Part shown: positions 12,780 through 23,980 of the stretch, in pieces
Numbering within the stretch: position 1 is the stretch's first letter
Layout: the number at the start of each line of letters is the position of its first letter
Assembly (NCBI GenBank): GCA_965153285.1
Contig: OZ229115.1
Strand: one strand, 5' to 3'
DNA length: 64,000 nt
Source of the DNA: Podarcis tiliguerta
Lineage: Eukaryota
Made by a program: the position numbers and the translations under genes
The notes under the pieces: generated by a model
Seen by the model: only the letters and a program-made list of their open reading frames with translations
Told to the model about the DNA's origin: nothing
Databases searched by the model: none

Positions 12780-12875
12780 ACGGTGCCTTCCAGGTGCTGT
12801 AGGTCTATAGCTCCCATCATCTCCGGCCATTAGTCATGCTGGCTGGGGCTGATGGGAGTTGGAGTCCGACAACTA
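12780..12875. mobile_element. Short palindromic MITE of the 'ACTACAACTCCCATCATC' family; related copies at ~31470-31565, ~42780-42870 and ~46260-46395
   Basis: Internal inverted motif CTCCCATCAT...GATGGGAG recurs at several sites in the window. Confidence 0.55.
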
Positions 12876-13301
12876 TGTTAATTACCTCTGATTTATGTAC
12901 TTAGGCATCGTATATTCACCAAATGCAGATCCTTAAGTCGCCAAAATGACACACCATCCACACACAAGAGGGAAGTGATAGCAGGCTTGGGGGAACCTCA
13001 ATGTTTGCTAGGTACAAAAATCATTTGGAGGGGGGAGGAAAACCTGAAAGCAGGACAACAGCCCAAGCAGAACTCAGCATGCTGAATGGCTATGGAATGC
13101 TGTGGAGTGAAGGAAGCATGACAGGAGGTGTGGCTGGCTGGAACGCTGAGCAGGAGGACTGCTACTACAACGTTTTGTTGCAAGTTCCACCTGTAGATCA
13201 TAATCTGTCCGTCCCCCGTCCCCCCGCCAGCACAAAAATAACAGGAAATTAACTAGCAGCTCACAGTTCTTGAGACTCTCAAATTTAAAAAGCTTCCTCA
13301 C

Positions 13302-13393
13302 CATCAGAGAGCTCCACTTCATAGGGGGACGGTCTTCTTTTTACTCGGTTGTTGCTGTACATTGAGAAGTTATCTGGCTCTCCAAAGAAACCA
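13302..13393 (-). CDS. TAL1: TAL1 middle coding exon (92 nt)
   Basis: (S)GFFGEPDNFSMYSNNRVKRRPSPYEVELSD(G); acceptor ttgcag|T, donor G|gtgagg. Confidence 0.97.
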
Positions 13394-14633
13394 CTGCAAA
13401 GCAAGAGGCAGAACACAGGAGAAAATGAGGAGAGAGAGCACAGTACTGCAAGGCAGATCTCTGCTGAGGACACTGGGCAGTCTTTGAACGTACTCCCATT
13501 CAGCTGAGCATATGCAGAGAGAGTGTGAGTGTGGGAAGGGGGGCATTGTGTGATGAGCATTCATAACATCACACATATATGCACATATTACAGATGCTCA
13601 TCACACACACCGAGAAACCTTGAGCTGCAATTCTAAGCACATTTATTTGGATGTAAGTTCCCCTGAAACCCATTCACCTTCTAAATAAGATGCTCTTAGG
13701 ATTCAGATGTATTACACACGGGCCTGAAGCACTTTCAGAGTGCTTCTAATGGAAGAATTAAGGTATACTTTGCAGCACCTTTTTTTAAGCCCAAGGGATG
13801 CTTACCAGGGTTAAAGGATTTGTGTAACAAGGGGGGGGGGGGGAATCATTGTGGAAGCATCTACTAACCTCAAAGAAGGCTTGGCCCTGGCATGACAGAG
13901 CTTTTTAATATACATATGAATTGCGATTAAACTGCATTGCATTTCTGCAGGCAGTGAAAAGGAACCTCAACAATTTCCTAACTAATGGAGGCAACACATT
14001 GATTAAACACTCAGAATAATCCCTGGGAGGAAATGTTTCCTCTCTGTTTTTGATCTCTTCCACTATAGACAATTTCTCGGCGAGGGAGGGTGGGAGAGGG
14101 ATCCAGAGCGCTAGCATTACCTTTGTTACTTTAAGGCTATCAACGTCTGCTGGTTAGTAATGCTAGTTAGTTCAATGGCATTTCACGGCACAGCCTTTTT
14201 TACAGTTCTAGCCCGTACACTTAACAAATGGCATTAAAAAAAAAAAAAAGACCTGGCAGTCAACGGGTTCCTTCATCATTATTGTTTTAAAAATGATGCA
14301 TAATTGTGGTTTAGAAAATGACGTATACAGAGGGGCCACTGAATTTGATTGTCAATAGAGAACAGGCGATCCACCAGAGAGAATCTGTTTCCTTCTGGCT
14401 CCTATAGACGAAGGTGGCGGCTATTAATTTCGTAGCAAGTAAGGCAAAAAATCAATTCTCTCTATAGCAAGCGGACAAAAGGGAAAGGCAGACACAGCTC
14501 AGGTTTGGCACTCAGAGGGCATAAGAAGGCGAGAGGACAAAAAAAAAAGAGCGGGGAAAGAAACAGATGTTGGTTTGTAAAAGAAAAATGAAGGAGAGAG
14601 AGGAAGCGTGGGGGCATGGCAAAGCCCCCAAAC

Positions 14634-14751
14634 CAGAGCATGAGACTCTTAAACTCAAGGTCGTGGGTTCGAAGCCTACGCTGGGCAAAATATTCCTCCA
14701 CTGCAGGGCCCTCGTGCTCCCTTCCAATTCTACAATTCTGTGATTCTGTGA
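14634..14751 (+). mobile_element. tRNA-Lys(CTT)-derived SINE with CR1-type tail
   Basis: AGAGCATGAGACTCTTAA..GGTCGTGGGTTCGA head; CCCTTCCAATTCTACAATTCTGTGATTCTGTG tail. Confidence 0.75.
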
Positions 14752-14881
14752 AACCGGAGGACATCCTCGACAATGGTGGCATATGACAAAGGCGACCCTA
14801 AGCAAACCAAGCCGAGAACGGATGGCCCAGGCAGAAAAATCCCTTCCTCCCCCCTCTCCCTCCCCCGACGCTGCGGCGGAC

Positions 14882-15489
14882 CTGCTGGCGGTGCTGAGCG
14901 GGGGGCCGAGGCCGTAGAGCATGGCTCGCGCAGGTGGCTGGAGCGGGAGCGCAGGGGCTGCCGTGGGGCTGAGCTGCACCATGCGGGCGTCGCTGCTGGC
15001 GTTGCTGCTGCTGCTGCTGGTGAGGTTGGCGCCGGCGGGGGGCGTGCCCGTGCCTGTGCCCGCGGCGGTGGCGAGGGCGAGGGCAAGGGCGCTGGCCGGC
15101 TCGGCGCGCTGCGCTCGGCTGTTGGTGCTGCTGCTGCTGTTGGTGCTGCTGCCTCCGTCTCGCTCGCGCTGGCTCTGCCTGGCGCCGCTCGGCGCGTCCG
15201 CGGCTTTTATAGGGCGCCCGGCGCGCACCAGCTCGATCACGGGCACCGGCGCGGCGGGGGGCGCCGGGCCGGGGGAGGGGGGCGGCCGGCCTGTCTCCTT
15301 GGCAACCCCATTGAGCAGCGCCGGCTCCCCCGGGAGGGCCATCCCCCCGCGCCTCCGATCGCCAACGCCGCCGACGCTGTGGCTGCCCGAGCCCAAGCCC
15401 AAGTCCGGCTCGCCGACGCCCTCCGCTGCGGCTCCGGCTCCGTGCGCGGCATCCCGCGGCGGGTCACTGGGGGGCCTCTCCATCAGCAT
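14882..15489 (-). CDS. TAL1: TAL1 first coding exon (608 coding nt; exon begins at 15490)
   Basis: ccccag|G ATG CTG ATG GAG AGG (MLMERPPSD...); LLNGVAKET, PVIEL, RMVQLSP; donor AG|gtccgc, phase 2 matches next exon. Confidence 0.93.
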
Positions 15490-15589
15490 CCTGGGGAGAA
15501 AGAGGGAGAGGAGAGCCGTGAGGGAGGGAGGGGCGCGCGGGGGGGCGGGGAGGGGAGGGAAAGGAGGAGAAAGGGAAAGTGGAGGAAGA

Positions 15590-15670
15590 GGAAGGAAGGA
15601 AGGAAGGAAGGAAGGAAGGAAGGAAGGAAGGAAGGAAGGAAGGAAGGAAGGAAGGAAGGAAGGAAGGAAG
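15590..15670. repeat. (GGAA)~20 microsatellite within a longer purine-rich tract
   Basis: Direct inspection. Confidence 0.97.
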
Positions 15671-18396
15671 ATGAAACGGGGAGGGAGACGAGGGAGGAAA
15701 ATTGCGCTCAGGGTGAAGAAAGGAGAAGGGCGAACGAGACGAGCTTCCACCCCAAAAAAGGGCTGGAAGACTGGGAGGAGGAAGGATCGGGAAAGAAAGC
15801 GACGCCTTCCCCGCCCGCGACGTCGCCCGCTTGTCATTGGCAGCGCAGCGGGCGCCCAGAGGGGTTGGGCACCGGCTCAGGGCCGCTCAGCAGCCGCGGA
15901 GGACAGTTGTGCGGCTAGCATGGCGCGCCGCGTAGAGCGCGCGGCCCTTGTGTGGCCCGGTGGCCGGGCAAGCTCGGGCGGGGACCCCCACGCGAATCTA
16001 AGACGGGAGAAGAGGGCAGAGCAAAGGGGGTCCCTTCCCCAACCTCCGGCTCTGAGACTTCCCTGCGTCCCAGGAAAGCGAAAGGATTTTCTCTTCAACC
16101 CGCCCTCCATCCTCTTGCGGGAAACTCTTTGCCTGCCCTGCCCATATCTCGTTTTTGCTTTTTAATTCCACACACGCACCCTTCGGACTTCGTGGCAATC
16201 GGGCGCGCATACCGCGCAAAGGTGTTGCGCGGGTGCGTTTCCTAAGAGAGTGAGGGTGGCCTCGGGGAAGTCATGCTAACAGATATGAGGTGGGTGGGGA
16301 GAGCGGCCGGAGGATCAGATATCTACCATTTGGTGGAAGAGGAGGACGGTGGCAGAGTGACAGTGTCAACCAAAAGAGGAGGAGTTGTGCAGTGGGGAGA
16401 AGGAGACGGAGACGAAGGGAAGCCAGCAAAGCATCTTTGTTGCTGAAATAAAAAGAAAATCGCCACCATTCGCTGAAGCAGCCTGCGCGGAAGAGAAACT
16501 TTTTCATTCCACATTAATGTCAGGGATAATTGGGGGGGGGGGTGTAATAAGAAATCATATCACAATGGAAGAGTGAAAAGGAAGGAAAGAAGGAAAGAAG
16601 GAATTCACCTGTCTGTAATAACCTCTTAAAAAACAGCGCTGTAACTGCGTTCCCATCTCCTTTTTTATTTATTCTACCGATCCAAAATTAAAATGAAATG
16701 AAAACTCAGGTGTTTCTTGAGTGAATCGCAATGCTGATGTATTCTGTTATGGTGTTTTTCCGGATAAAAAGGTAAAGGACCCCTGACAGTTAAGTCCAGT
16801 CGCGAACGACTCTGGGGTTGATATCAGCTTTTAAATTAACTTTGCATAGCCATATCGATGCCTTCAACTAATAATACTTTGGGGGGGGGGTAATAGGACT
16901 CTCGTCCTGAGTGTTCCCTCTAGCCAACACTTGCCTTGCCTTCCTCGCTGCAACAAAGCGCGAAATAAAGGCACTTTCCCAAAGTCGGCTGCGCCCAGGC
17001 TCTGAGAACAGAGCCAGATTTGTTAACCTCCAAGCGCTCCACGAAATAGATGAATTATCCCGAACCTGGGCGCGCGCACACACACACAGCCAGTTAAATT
17101 CGAATATTTGGGCTTCACAACACATTTTGACTCGAATTCTCCCGATTACGTCAATAGGCCTTTCTCCAAGTAAATGTTCCGATCGGCGATAGTATTGTGA
17201 TCAGCAGAACCAAACGTGTCTCAGTTCCAACTCTTCTGGCCGCAGCCAACACAGTTTTATTATAACGAACGGAGACCCTCCCCCTCTATCGCTTTGCAGC
17301 CATCAGATTTCTGGGGATCGCGATGAACTCTAAGGCTATTTGGTGGCACAGACTGCTGCGGGGGTGGGGAATGGCTTCCGGTTTGATCCAGAAACGCCAA
17401 ACAACAGGAAGCTGTCTGTGAGCCCAAACTCGGTTTTTCCAACTATCTCCATAATACTTGCAGAGGGAGTAGCCGTGCTGATATCTTGACACCTCTCCCC
17501 GCCCCCCAAAAGGAGTACTGTTGCACCTCAAAGACTAAAAATTATTACGGCATAAGCTTCATCTTAAATACTTGGTAGACCAGGTAGCCCTTTCAGATGG
17601 CAATCCGATATGCACTTAATTGGAAGCAAGTCCCACGAGAATGAGGGGTGCTATCTTCCGAATATACATCCCTAGAACCACCCACCTACACACACACACA
17701 ACACATCGCTGGGGTGATTTTCCCGGAGTCCCTCTGAGTCCAAGGAGATTGGTTCCCGAGGACCGAGTGAAATATGTTCAGGATTTCAGCCTCAAACCGG
17801 CGGTCCTGGTTAGCTAGTGAATGGGTTGGTTGCGTTCAAGCAAACAGTAGATCAGGGCTCCCGTTTAAAGCAAGAACAAAACAAAGCACGAAGAAATAGA
17901 GGCGTTTGAAACGCAATTTATATTGGGGCTGATTGGCGGAGGGGGCCTAGAGAAATCCATATTTTATGGTGTTTCGTTTAAATCGCTTAAATGCAGCGGA
18001 ATTATTCCCGTCCGGCTTTCTCCGCTGAGCTGCGGGCTGTTAATTTCACGCCTGGAGCATAAATCCGGTCAGCGCCTCGCTCGGCTGCATAGAAAAACCG
18101 AGGCTTATATTGGTTTCTGGCGAACTGAAACCACAACAGCCCCCGGGGATCGGCCGAGGAGTTGTCTCTGCCCACCCAGCGGGGCTCTCCTCCGAACACT
18201 GGCGCGTCGAAAGGCAAGCAAGACCAGCGGCTGAAGCGGGGAGCGGAACGCGGGGAGCCCAAGACCATTGAGGGCGGGTGGCCTAACCCAACTCCTACGC
18301 TTGTTGGACCTCAAAGGTCAAAACACCACACTGAGTTTCTCGAGTACATAAGGAAGGATTCCCAACGCCTTGGCTACTAGTGCATAGGGTCTTAAT

Positions 18397-18397
<1 letters not shown>

Positions 18398-18447
<50 letters not shown>

Positions 18448-18470
18448 TTTATTATTTATACCCCGCCCAG
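18398..18470 (-). repeat. (AAT)n microsatellite with L2 3' tip
   Basis: (AAT)n followed by TTTATACCCCGCCCA, matching the L2 ends at ~7.6 kb and ~44.3 kb. Confidence 0.75.
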
Positions 18471-19581
18471 GATTTATACCCCGTAAGGGCAGCATGGAGA
18501 ACGTTTAGAATATCTAGCATTCAGACCTGCCCGACTGTCCCCAGACTTACGCTGCAGCCCATAAGACCCATGAACTCGATAGTATTTTATCATTTATCTC
18601 AACGATTGGTATGACGCTTGATTGCGGTTGTCTCTGTGTGCAGGAGACCTAACCTATCATAAAAAGACGAACGCGAGTTAAAACTATAAAATCATAATTC
18701 ATCCTGCAGGAAATACGACGACAATCTTCAGTAAGTTCAGGGGTGGAAGGACTTGTCTGGCCTCAACTGGGAGGGAGCTGCACAAAATTAGACCTCGCAA
18801 CGTTGAAGGCAGGAGGACTCTTTGTGGTTACAAATTGAGCATCATCCCAGCCACCGCACCGCCCCCAGTGACTTCCCTGAAGACTTCAGTAGTCCAGCAG
18901 GGATATAATGGATCTGGCGATCCCTGGTACCTCTGGACCGACCCAAGTTGGGAATTAATACAAAGACCTGACCCAGCAGCGAATATGACAAGTGGCTTAT
19001 ATATGCGATTGTCGCTTTGCTGCTCGGAATTAATCAGTTCGTATGCTGTGGCAGCAAAGCATCATTTAAACCAAGGGACCTGATTTCAAGGCTTTGTAGG
19101 CAGACGGACCTGCCCAAGCCCAGCCCAACCATACCAGTGAAGGACCACGCCACCAAGAATGTCCTAAACGCCCGCGAAACCAGCAGGATTTCCTTGTTGT
19201 CAAAATCTCCGTTTGGGACCGGGGCTTTTCTTTCCATTCCTTCGGCTTCTGCCGGGATGGGTTGGAAGAGGGAGATCTTTGGGTGGCAGCTTTGGAGAGA
19301 GTAAGGGGGCTGGAGGGGGGCGTCGTGGAGAAGGAGGAAAGCGCCATCAAGATAGCACGACTCTATCTTTGACCAGTCACGACCCCTCCCCTGCTTTCAA
19401 CTGCCTCGGCAGCAGCACCCACCCAATCCGGCCGCCTCCTTCCTCCTTTTAATTGGACTTTCTGATACTGTACAAGGAGGTAGAATTGGCCTCTGCCAGA
19501 TGTTAAGCAGCGGCAGCCCCTCGCCTCTTGCCTCCACAAAGCCCCTCTCATTATCAAGGCCGCCTCTCCTCCTCCTCCTAC

Positions 19582-19728
19582 CTCGAGGGGGCTCGCATTT
19601 AGGGAGGGGCTAGCCCAGGATGCTGCCTCCTGCCACGGCTTAAGCAGAGGAAGAAGCATCTCGGATCAGGAGGGATCCGTCCCGGATATGGGACTGAGGA
19701 AGTGGAGCGCGAGGAGAGCTATTTAGAT
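19582..19728 (-). other. TAL1: Candidate TAL1 5'UTR exon (mammalian exon 3 equivalent), 147 nt
   Basis: Acceptor ctgcccag|ATC and donor GAG|gtagga; internal CTTCTTCCTCTGCTT and CCCTAAATG resemble human exon 3 as recalled; no transcript evidence. Confidence 0.5.
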
Positions 19729-20099
19729 CTGGGCAGGGTAGGGGGTATATTTAACTAGAAAGCCAGGGGAAAATGAGTGTCTGTGCAAATGGGCCATAAC
19801 ATAATATTTCACATCAATGCTCACATCCTAAACGCATTCTCGGTCTGAAATAAGTACAATTGATTTTGATGGGGTTAGTTTCGAAGGAAATGTTAAGGTT
19901 CGCAGTCTGGTTTCGATTTCCGGTTCATGCGTCAATTATCATATGTATGTGAGAAGTGCCTTTCCTACCAGTAACCACAGGAGTCCAGCAGGAGGGAGGG
20001 GGGGACAGAAAGCTTCACCCCCATCTCTCCATTCCCCACGCCACTAACAATCTTGTCTCAAAGAAGTCAGTCTCACCAATGAGAGAGAAGTCGTCTACC

Positions 20100-20452
20100 A
20101 CTGGTATGTCTAGCCTAGTAAAGGAGACTGAGAGGAGATATGATAGACATCTTCAAATATCTAAAGGGCTGTCACACTGAGGATAGAAAAAGTTGTTTTC
20201 TCCTGCTCCGAAGGCTAGGGCCCGAACCAATGGCGTCTAGCTACAAGATTCCGACTAAACATCAGAAGTAACTGTTCGACAGTGGAACAGACTCCCACCA
20301 GAGGTGGTGGACTCTCCTTCCTCGGAGGTTTTTAAGTAGAGATGGGATGGCTGTCTGTCATGTATGATCTAGTTGAGATTCCTGGATTTAAGGAGGCTGG
20401 ACTAGTTGACCTTCAGTGTCCCTTCCAACTCTACAATTCTATGATTCTATGA
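20100..20452 (+). mobile_element. CR1 LINE 3' end
   Basis: TGGAACAGACTCCC (WNRLP), GGTGGACTCTCCTTCCTCGGAGGTTTTTAAG, terminal CCCTTCCAACTCTACAATTCTATGATTCTATG. Confidence 0.85.
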
Positions 20453-20603
20453 CAATTTAATTTCGCTTTATGTACCCCTAAATATTTGCCGAACCACATT
20501 TTGGGATGTGAAAAGTCTGAAGGAACGGGATAGCTTCTATCTCTTACCACCCCCTCCTTCTAATCGAGTATGCTTTTGCAGGCAAAAAAACCCCTACCCA
20601 CAA

Positions 20604-20640
<37 letters not shown>

Positions 20641-20641
20641 T
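20604..20641. repeat. (TTA)n microsatellite
   Basis: Direct inspection. Confidence 0.95.
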
Positions 20642-21739
20642 GCAGCTTCAGGCCTGGTGAAGATTCCTGTGCGACTCAGAAGCTTGTTTTTGTACCCTGC
20701 CTTTTGTATTCGCTCTTGGGCGCAAAGGAAACGATCGTTTTCTTTCCTTCGACGCTTCCTTCCCATTGTATTGTTGTGGGGGAGAGGTGTGGGGCTCTTC
20801 CTTTTACATAGAAGGAAGCCGCGATCCCTGCGGTAGTTGTTCGCTCTGCTCCTGACACAAGCCCTGGATCTCCAGCAGCCTTGAGTCTGTCCAACCACGG
20901 AACTGCGGGAGAAGCGAGCGGCCAGCAAATTGCAGATAAGTGGCGGGAAAAGTCCGGCGCACGTCTTAGCAGGGTCTGGAGGAGTGAGCTGCGTTTGGGG
21001 TTTTGTTGTACGCACGCTGTACCCAGAAAGAAATGTATGAAACGCGAAAATGTGTGTGTTTGGGGGATGGGGAGAGAAGCATTCGAGAGACGTGGATTAC
21101 ACGCACACACCATACTGAATTCACCGTCAGCATATGCACTGCTACAAAATCGAGAGATGGCCAGGAGAAGCAAGTTTGTGGAGGAAGATGACGTCTGTTA
21201 AAGGTTATCTGCGGAGCTTCCATTTCGGAGGCAGTCTACCCCTGGTAACCGGATGCCTGAACAAAAGAGGAGAGTACCGCTCTCTTGCCTTGCCTTTTAT
21301 TCTAACAATAAGTTACCAGTGCCAAATTTAATTATTTAAAATTTAGATGCACGGGCTGCTTTTAAAAGACAAAATAAAAGAGTTACAAAAAGATGATTAA
21401 GACATAATAGGGATGGCATAGGACACCATTTAAAGCTTAAATTGAATTAAACGAGAGTTGTAAACTAGAGTATCATCCAGCTGCATTAACTATTTATTTA
21501 TTATTGGACTTATTCGTCTTTTTTACAGACTGTAAACTCAAAACAACTTACAATGTAATCGCAAAACTAAAACCAATATAAAGTTTCAATACAACAACAA
21601 CACCGATATACATTAAAAGCATTCTGACACAACTGACCTACTGAAAAAGGCCTCAATAGCTAAAAGTCTCCAGGATAAAGGTCGGGGGCGGGGACACGTT
21701 CGTGATTGGCTCCCAAAAGCAGCCAGTAATCGCATCAGG

Positions 21740-22135
21740 CGCAATTCCCTGGAGAGAGAGCATTCTATAAACTGGGAGCCACCACTGAAAAGGTCCCTTA
21801 TTGTGTTGTCACCCTGCAGACCTAATTCAGAGGGGGCACATGGAGAAAGAGCTCCCGTGATGATCACAGGGCTGGGGTTGGTTCACCTGGCGAGAGGCGG
21901 TCCCTGAGGTAGTGGGGTCCCGAGTGGCACAAAGCGTTACAGGTCGAAACCAGCACTTCGAATTGAGCTCGGAAACTAATTGGCAGCCAGTGAGTCGTGT
22001 CAGAATTAGCTTTATACGCTCAGATCATCTTGCGCCCGTCAGCAATGCGGTCGCGGAATTTCGCACCGGTGTGGTTTCTGAACTGTCTTCAAGACAGCCC
22101 TACGTATAATGCATTGCAGTAATCTAGCCTAAATA
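21740..22135 (-). mobile_element. L2 LINE RT fragment (degenerate)
   Basis: GGGAGCCACCACTGAAAAGG, TGGCAGCCAGTG (HWLP on minus strand), GCATTGCAGTAATCTAGCCT (RLDYCNA on minus strand). Confidence 0.75.
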
Positions 22136-22529
22136 CGCATGCTTCTGTCTGGCCACAGTTGCAGAGAGGCTGCTGAGCCGATGGGCTTGTAAAGGTCATT
22201 CTGTTCTGAAGCATAGCTTAGCAGCCTTGAGGGGCTGTGGGTGTCTTCTCCTACAAAGTTATCACGCATTTCAAGCGAGATGTGGGTTTTACCATCAGGA
22301 CATCGCGCAGCCTGCTTGTGTGTTTACCTGATCTGTCTGTCAATAAATCAAGGGCGGAAGCGCGAGTGGAAACGTCTACAGGGAGAAAGCCTCAGTACAG
22401 GCTTCTACACGATCTGGATGTTTTTTGCGTGTAAGCCAATACACGCAGAGGGAAGGAGGAGGAGCTGCTTGGTAAGGCTCCGCCCCCCGATTTGGACCTA
22501 GGCGACCTTTCTACATTCCCACACAAACG

Positions 22530-22578
22530 TCTATCTATCTATCCATCTATCTATCTATCCATCTATCTATCCATCTCT
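22530..22578. repeat. (TCTA/TCCA)n microsatellite
   Basis: Direct inspection. Confidence 0.9.
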
Positions 22579-23689
22579 CCATCATCTAAATGCAATGTAT
22601 TCTTTTGCTCTCAGTTCCTAAGCGCGCAGATGCCATAATTGTGGTGTACATATTTTGATGGATGCAAATATATCACTTTTCTGCTCTACTGTAAAACACA
22701 CAACGCTCCCTGTATTAGTAGGCAGATGATAGTCTATTTTATTTATTCTTTGTACCACGAGGAATTAGAGGACTGTATGCACCAGCATGCTGGCTGCAGG
22801 AAACCGAAGGAAAAAAGAGAACGAAAGGAAACATTTGAGCAGGCTAGCGCCTCGCTTGGCTTTTGGGGCTATATTATTCAGAAATACCGTTTTAAGTGAA
22901 AATTGGTATGGGGGAGGGGGGAAGTTTTAAAATTTTATTTGAAGGAACCCGTTTTACAGGAAATATTCAGAATCGGAATTCCTAAAAGACGAAGAAGGGA
23001 GCAGGGTGCGACAAATTACAGTTCGGAATGTGTTGCATTTTCAGCCTTCTGCTGTTTTTATGCACACGTGCATTAGCTGAATACTGTAACACGGTAGATC
23101 TTGACAGCATCTGAATTGGGAGAACGAAATTCCCACCCTCTGCAATATTGCCCATCTGCAAATAGGTTCTGTTTTAAGTTAATAAATAATAATCATAAAA
23201 TAATAATAATTGCACTGCTCCAAATGAGCTTTCTTAAAGAATCCACCTTGTCTGCTCCCAAATCTTTAGCTTTCTCGCGGAAAACATGGGACGACAACGC
23301 ACAGAGGGCCGCCCAAGCCTTCTCTTCGCGGCCTGTTAGGCTGCCACGCACTTCGGTATCCGCTTAAGAGAGATTCTGCGCCTTCTCAGACAGGCCGTCT
23401 TTCCTGGACGCTTCCCATCCCTCTCCCATCAATACCTCGCACTTCTTATTAGTCTTTTAGTCTAATGCGCAAAAAAACGCATTTGATTTCCATCCCTGCA
23501 AATCCAAGTATCTCAGGGAGAAAAAGAGGCGACTAGAAGCGGGAAACGAGTCTGAATCTGGGATCTGAGCGCCTGAATCCGCCGGCTAACTCGGTTTGCC
23601 GCCTGCGGACTGGCTTAGCTTCTTTTGTTTTACCGATCCGCAGCCACCACCGTAGACATTTCCCCCGCCTTAAAATACCGGGCCAAGCC

Positions 23690-23980
23690 TGAGCTTCTTA
23701 GTGCTGGTTATCTACAGCAACAGGGATAAAGTCCAGCTGCAGTCTTCTGTACACGCGTGCCGGGGAGCAGACGTGCAGAGAATGCGGGACCGGGTTCGCA
23801 CGCAACCAGCCCGCCTCCCGCTTCCACTTTATTCCACATTTGCTTCTGGACTCACAGCAGGCCGTTTGCTGGATGGGAACGGGCTCCAGCACAAAGAAAA
23901 ATAGAGAGTTTTTAAAACAACAACAACTCCCAGATAGCAAAAGCAGCTGAAGAGCAACCGCCCTGACGGATAGCTACCTC
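23690..23980. promoter_or_regulatory. TAL1: Candidate TAL1 intron-1 GATA/E-box enhancer
   Basis: TTATCT-N7-CAG (23708-23723), GATAAA (23725-23730), CAGCTG (23734-23739); second AGATAG plus CAGCTG at ~23932-23949; ~0.7-1 kb downstream of promoter 1a. Confidence 0.45.

Larger units (their letters stand above)
14780..16260. promoter_or_regulatory. TAL1: CpG island over the TAL1 first coding exon and upstream intron
   Basis: Very high GC and CpG density by inspection. Confidence 0.85.

Noticed and set aside
14512-15837. 441-aa minus-strand ORF as a single-exon protein
   Set aside because: Only 14882-15489 is TAL1 coding; the flanks are intron read-through (LPSF repeats from the microsatellite, SINE sequence)
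14773-16165. Long plus-strand ORFs (381 aa and 414 aa) antisense to TAL1
   Set aside because: Expected shadow ORFs of GC-rich, stop-poor sequence; they run through the GGAA microsatellite (KEGR repeats) and show no domain
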